Source: Bdellovibrionota bacterium (GTDB taxonomy: Bacteria; Bdellovibrionota; Bdellovibrionia; Bdellovibrionales; JAEYZS01). Taken from it: a stretch of DNA of 32,688 nt. The position numbers were made by a program, and so were the translations under genes. Position 1 is the stretch's first letter, and each line of letters begins with the position of its first letter. The DNA is taken from NCBI GenBank assembly GCA_963169515.1, contig CAUJEF010000054.1, forward strand, positions 1 through 32,688, in the 5' to 3' direction. Under the pieces are notes generated by a model. The model was not told where the DNA came from. It saw only the letters and a program-made list of their open reading frames with translations, and did no database searches. Shown here in pieces: positions 28,310-32,688 of this stretch.

Positions 28310-29593
28310 ATGGAAACTACGCTTTCTGAAAAACTGTACGAAACTGCCGTACAACTAGCGCCAGCTGGCGTTCATTCTCCTGTACGAGCCTTCAAGGCCG
28401 TAGGCGGATCTCCTCTTTTTTTTAAAAAAGGGGTCGGCGCACAACTGACAGATGTTGATGGAAATATATATGTTGATTTTTGTATGTGTTGGGGGGCGCT
28501 TGCACTAGGGCACGCGTCCCCGGACGTGATTGGTCCAATGGAGCGGCAGCTCCAGAATGGAACTCATTTTGGCACCCCAACTGAAAAAGACGTAGAATTA
28601 GCCCAATTGATTTTGTCAGCTCTTACACCCTTTGATCAAATTCGGTTTGTAAATTCTGGGACAGAGGCCGTTATGACTGCGATTCGGCTTGCGCGAGGTT
28701 ACACCGGAAGAAATAAAATTGTAAAAATTGATGGCTGCTATCACGGACACATGGATCCGTTATTGGTATCCGCTGGCTCAGGACTAATGACTCAAGGAAT
28801 TTCGTCTTCAAAAGGCGTCACGGCTGGCGCAATCCAAGATACCCTTGTCGTAAAGTATGATTCGAAAGAATCAATGCTAGAAGCTTTCAATAAACACGGT
28901 AATGATATTGCGGCTGTAATTATTGAACCTATCCTTGCCAACTCTGGCCTATTTGAACCATCCAACGATTACATGCAGTTTTTAAGAAAAATTACGGAAG
29001 ATCACGGAACACTTTTGATTTACGATGAAGTCATCACAGGCTTTCGTATTGGTTGGGGGGGCGCCAAAGCGAAATTCAATATCGTACCTGATATTGGAAC
29101 ATATGGAAAAATTATTGGAGGGGGGCTTCCTGTTGGCGCCGTCTGTGCTATGAAAAAAATCATGGATGCCTTGGCCCCGGTGGGTGGGGTTTACCAGGCC
29201 GGAACTTTGAGCGGCAATCCATTATGTATGACCGCAGGCGCAGCCACCCTTACTGCCCTACAAAAAAGCAAGTTTTATGAGAAAATAGAAAACGATCTGG
29301 GTCCTTACCTTGATAAGAAAATTCAAAATATTAAAACAAATGCCCCTCTTTATTACAAGCGCGTGGGAAGTATTTTTTGGCTTTGTCCAGGTCAAAAAGG
29401 CGCGCCGAAAGATCCCGATTCTATTTCCAAAGAGGCTTCGGAAATTTTTAAATCGATATACAGAAAAATTTTGGCCGCCGGAATTTATTTGTCCCCATCC
29501 GTTTACGAAGTCAGTTTTTTATCTGCAGCACATAACCGAAAAGACATAGACAAGCTGGCCGAAGCCTTAGCAAAGGCTCTAAATGAAATTTAG
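28310..29593 (+). CDS. hemL: Glutamate-1-semialdehyde 2,1-aminomutase
   Basis: GVHSPVRAF, RFVNSGTEA, YHGH, DEVITGFR, GKIIGGGLPVGA, YQAGTLSGNP. Confidence 0.96.
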   Translation: METTLSEKLYETAVQLAPAGVHSPVRAFKAVGGSPLFFKKGVGAQLTDVDGNIYVDFCMCWGALALGHASPDVIGPMERQLQNGTHFGTPTEKDVELAQLILSALTPFDQIRFVNSGTEAVMTAIRLARGYTGRNKIVKIDGCYHGHMDPLLVSAGSGLMTQGISSSKGVTAGAIQDTLVVKYDSKESMLEAFNKHGNDIAAVIIEPILANSGLFEPSNDYMQFLRKITEDHGTLLIYDEVITGFRIGWGGAKAKFNIVPDIGTYGKIIGGGLPVGAVCAMKKIMDALAPVGGVYQAGTLSGNPLCMTAGAATLTALQKSKFYEKIENDLGPYLDKKIQNIKTNAPLYYKRVGSIFWLCPGQKGAPKDPDSISKEASEIFKSIYRKILAAGIYLSPSVYEVSFLSAAHNRKDIDKLAEALAKALNEI

Positions 29594-30506
29594 ATATCTG
29601 AAGGGAATTTTGATTTCTCTAACATTGCTCACCTTTGGACAAGTGATTTGGTGGGCGTATCTTTTGAATTACCACCACCTTCTTTTGCTCAAAGCAAATC
29701 CACTCGATAAAACTTTACAAAGCTACCAGAGCTTTCAACGTATGATTATTTTGGAAAGTTGCTTTTTCTTTTTTATTTGGTCCGTGTTTATGCTTTTTGC
29801 ATACCGTTCCCATAAAAAAGAGCTTGAGCTTCAAAAAGCACACGCTACCTTTCTTGGAGCTATTTCCCATGAGTTGAAAACGCCACTAGCTGTCATTCGA
29901 CTGTCACTGGATACACTCGCCCGCCCTGTTTTAGATAACGAAAAAAAAGTGGTCTATTTGAACCGTGCAAACATTGCAACAGACAGGCTCCTAAAAGAGG
30001 TGAATACAATTCTTCAATTGACTGCCCAAAGTTCTATAGAAACAAAGAAAGAGTCAATCGCACTCAACAAAATGCTCAAGGATTGCATCACCCAAGCAAA
30101 AGAAATGAAGCCGCAGTATGATTTCGATGTCGATATCGACCTTGAAAAGGAATTGATAGTCACGGGGGCGCCGCTGGAAAGCCGTTTGGTTTTGCAAAAT
30201 GTTATCGAAAATGCAATGAAGTATGGCTCTGGTAAAACGATAAAAATTTCGGCAGATTGTTCTGGCCGGAAAACTTCTCTCATTGTCAAAGACCAAGGCA
30301 TTGGAATGTCAAAGGCTGAGATAAAAAACGCATTTCGCCCTTTTTGGAGGAGCGAGCGTGTATTAAATAATGCGTCTCCCGGTACGGGCATGGGGTTAAC
30401 CCTGGCTCGCGAACTGTGCAATAAAGCGGGGATCCAAATTTTATTGGATAGTGAGGGCATCAACAAGGGAACCACGACTCGAATTTTTTGGGAGCAGGGA
30501 ATATGA
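29583..30506 (+). CDS. Membrane sensor histidine kinase (two TM helices, short loop); resembles the Leptospira heme-locus kinase in context
   Basis: H-box SHELKTPL, N-box NVIENAMKY, DQGIG, GTGMGL; overlaps hemL stop. Confidence 0.92.
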   Translation: MKFRYLKGILISLTLLTFGQVIWWAYLLNYHHLLLLKANPLDKTLQSYQSFQRMIILESCFFFFIWSVFMLFAYRSHKKELELQKAHATFLGAISHELKTPLAVIRLSLDTLARPVLDNEKKVVYLNRANIATDRLLKEVNTILQLTAQSSIETKKESIALNKMLKDCITQAKEMKPQYDFDVDIDLEKELIVTGAPLESRLVLQNVIENAMKYGSGKTIKISADCSGRKTSLIVKDQGIGMSKAEIKNAFRPFWRSERVLNNASPGTGMGLTLARELCNKAGIQILLDSEGINKGTTTRIFWEQGI

Positions 30507-31189
30507 AACCGCATGTGCTTCTAATTGAAGACGATGACCTGTTAGGCCCTGGGTTGATTGACAATCTTCAAATGGAGAATTTTACCGTTGATTGGGCTCA
30601 GGATGGCGAAAGCGGCCTGCAAGCTGCTACAAAAAATCTTCATGATATTGTTATTTTAGATATTATGGTTCCAAAGAAAAATGGATTTGATGTTCTAAAA
30701 GAGATCCGCCAGGTTTCCCAGGTTCCGGTTCTTATCCTTTCTGCAAAAAGCTCTGCACAAGATCGTATTTTAGGATTGGAATTGGATGCAGATGACTACT
30801 TAACAAAACCGTTTCATTTTAAAGAATTGGTTTTACGCATTTTGACTTTGCTAAAAAGAAAAACGCGAGAATTTAAAGGCCCCGAGGTCATTCAAATTGG
30901 TAAAGCCAAGATTGACTTCAAGTCTCTGAGCATTCAAAAAGATGAACAGCGCGAATACTTAACTGAAAAAGAAATGTTGGTTTTAAAGATGTTGCTTTCA
31001 CATCAGGATCAAGTCATATCACGGGAACACCTTTTAAACCAAATCTGGGGTACCAACAACTATCCTTCGACTCGCACAATTGATAACATCATAGTAAAGC
31101 TCCGCAAGTGGATCGAAGCCGATTCCCCGTACGAAATTCGGTCCCACCGCGGAATTGGATATGCTCTTACAAGGGTAGATCAACAATGA
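30503..31189 (+). CDS. OmpR/PhoB-family response regulator (HemR-like by context)
   Basis: LLIEDD, ILDIMVP, ADDYLTKPF, winged-helix RTIDNII.KLRK and RGIGY; ATGA overlaps on both sides. Confidence 0.93.
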   Translation: MKPHVLLIEDDDLLGPGLIDNLQMENFTVDWAQDGESGLQAATKNLHDIVILDIMVPKKNGFDVLKEIRQVSQVPVLILSAKSSAQDRILGLELDADDYLTKPFHFKELVLRILTLLKRKTREFKGPEVIQIGKAKIDFKSLSIQKDEQREYLTEKEMLVLKMLLSHQDQVISREHLLNQIWGTNNYPSTRTIDNIIVKLRKWIEADSPYEIRSHRGIGYALTRVDQQ

Positions 31190-32202
31190 GCACCTATATC
31201 GCTGCAACCCAGAAATTAAACACGTCCACAATTCCCGTTTGGTTTATGCGTCAAGCTGGTCGGTATTTACCAGAATACATGGATCTTAAGGCGAGGTTTA
31301 GCTTTCGTGAGATGAGTCATACGCCCGAGCTCATGGCAGATGTCACTTTGCAACCCCTACGGCGATTTCCACTGGATGCTGCGATTATGTTTTCTGATAT
31401 TTTAACTTGTCTTGAATACATGGGTGCACATTTTCAGTTTACAGATCAAGGACCAAAACTGGACCTGTGTGGAGCAGATGTTCTGATGAATCTGAAGAGC
31501 TTGGATCCTCAAAAAGACATGCCCTTTATTTGCAAAGGAATTGGGCAAATTAAGTCGGAACTTCAAAAGCCACTTATTGGTTTTGTAGGAGCTCCATTTA
31601 CGCTTGCTTCGTATTTGGTAGAGGGAAACACCTCTAAAGAATTTAAAAATTTGAAGACCTTTATTTTTCAAGACCCAAAATCATTTTTTAAAGCCATGGA
31701 CCATTTAGCTATCCAGGTTGGAAACTATCTTGTTTATCAAATTGAATCTGGTGTAGACGCCGTTCAGATTTTTGATTCCTGGGTAGGCGTCTTGGGCTAT
31801 GACGATTATGAAAAGCACGTTCTTCCTCATGTAGCAAAAATGATTTCAATTGCAAAAAGCAAAAAGAAAGTCCCTGTGACATTATACTCGCAGCCGACCT
31901 CACATCTTCTTCCATTGTTAACTCAAACTGGCGCTGATGTTTTAAGTGTCGATTGGCGGTTGCCACTGGATCAAATAGCAAAATTAACAGATCACAAAGT
32001 CGCCATTCAGGGGAACCTAGACCCCAATATTGTATGCCTTCCATGGTCGGATGCAAAATCACACGTCGAACGCGTCTTGAATGAGGCAAAGCATGGGGAA
32101 ATCCTGCAACAATTTATATTTAACGTCGGTCACGGAGTGACACCGTCTACGAAGGTCGATACAATAAAACACGTTATCGACTTTGTTCATAACTTTAGGT
32201 AA
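31186..32202 (+). CDS. hemE: Uroporphyrinogen decarboxylase
   Basis: PVWFMRQAGRYLPEY, DAAIMFSDIL, GFVGAPFTLASY, QIFDSW, QGNLDP, FNVGHG. Confidence 0.96.
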   Translation: MSTYIAATQKLNTSTIPVWFMRQAGRYLPEYMDLKARFSFREMSHTPELMADVTLQPLRRFPLDAAIMFSDILTCLEYMGAHFQFTDQGPKLDLCGADVLMNLKSLDPQKDMPFICKGIGQIKSELQKPLIGFVGAPFTLASYLVEGNTSKEFKNLKTFIFQDPKSFFKAMDHLAIQVGNYLVYQIESGVDAVQIFDSWVGVLGYDDYEKHVLPHVAKMISIAKSKKKVPVTLYSQPTSHLLPLLTQTGADVLSVDWRLPLDQIAKLTDHKVAIQGNLDPNIVCLPWSDAKSHVERVLNEAKHGEILQQFIFNVGHGVTPSTKVDTIKHVIDFVHNFR

Positions 32203-32231
32203 TAGATTTCTACAACAGAGGATGCGACGCC

Positions 32232-32688
32232 TTGGAATTTTTTTCTAAAAAGAATCGAATTGCTATTTTAGGCGGTGGCATCTCTGGACTAACGCTGGGC
32301 TATCTACTGAAGAAAAAAGATATCGAGGTGTGCGTTTTCGAACGTACCCATAGGTCTGGTGGATATATTGGCACCAAGATCGACTCCGGATTTTTGATTG
32401 AGCATGGACCCAATGGATTTTTTAGTAACGAGCCTAAAACGCTAGATCTTATAAAACAGTTGGACCTGGAACCCGGAATCATCAAATCTAATGATACCAG
32501 TCGAGAGCGATATGCATATTATGACAAGACCTTGCACAAACTACCTGCTAAACCAACCGACCTTCTGAAAAGTTCATTTTTTTCTTTTTCATCCAAATTC
32601 AAAATTTTTAAAGAGTCGGCGTTTCCGTCCAGTACCGGAACACGTTTAAATAATCGCAGCTTGTATGACTTTGCACGTGATCATTTCG
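32232..32688 (+). CDS. hemG: FAD-dependent protoporphyrinogen oxidase (HemY/HemG type), 5' part only, runs off the window
   Basis: Not in the ORF track. Manual translation from TTG 32232 gives ...NRIAILGGGISGLTLGYLL...VFER...SGG...GFLIEHGPNGF; SD-like GAGGA upstream. Confidence 0.88.
   Translation, partial: MEFFSKKNRIAILGGGISGLTLGYLLKKKDIEVCVFERTHRSGGYIGTKIDSGFLIEHGPNGFFSNEPKTLDLIKQLDLEPGIIKSNDTSRERYAYYDKTLHKLPAKPTDLLKSSFFSFSSKFKIFKESAFPSSTGTRLNNRSLYDFARDHF

Noticed and set aside
32222..32248. Frameshift or phase variation at the T7 tract at the start of hemG (ATG 32222 is out of frame)
   Set aside because: The in-frame TTG at 32232 has a suitably spaced GAGGA and gives an intact reading frame.
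204..32485. Many 60-170 aa alternative-frame and antisense ORFs in the track (e.g. 14917-15291, 22376-22771, 30014-30514, 31709-32089)
   Set aside because: They overlap well-supported genes and show no recognisable motifs.

Overview
Gene-dense, AT-rich bacterial chromosomal window. Its gene content and many signal-peptide hypotheticals suggest a Bdellovibrionota-like organism (inference only). Left part: a URC-type pyrimidine cluster (Urc1-like GTP cyclohydrolase II, Urc4/Urg3, upp, udk) followed by a signal-peptide NADAR-like gene, an exported CX5R phosphatase, typA and a deoxyhypusine-synthase-like gene. Middle part: GDPD, two GNATs, an EEP nuclease, YceI, DoxX, a nitronate monooxygenase-like flavoprotein, a TIGR01777 epimerase, an AsmA-like protein, a ppk1-bcp-ppx operon, a long exported coiled-coil protein and DUF1993. 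Right part: a heme operon (hemA, hemC-hemD fusion, hemL, histidine kinase, OmpR-type regulator, hemE, partial hemG/hemY). Two signals stand out. First, a TGACA-N6-TGACA direct repeat on the predicted hemA promoter, together with a two-component pair between hemL and hemE, resembles the Leptospira HemK/HemR circuit. Second, two perfect 36-bp inverted-repeat elements share a terminal motif, and one of them supplies the identical C-terminus (RFQVPFSE*) to two convergent genes. No tRNA, rRNA, CRISPR array or transposase was recognised.
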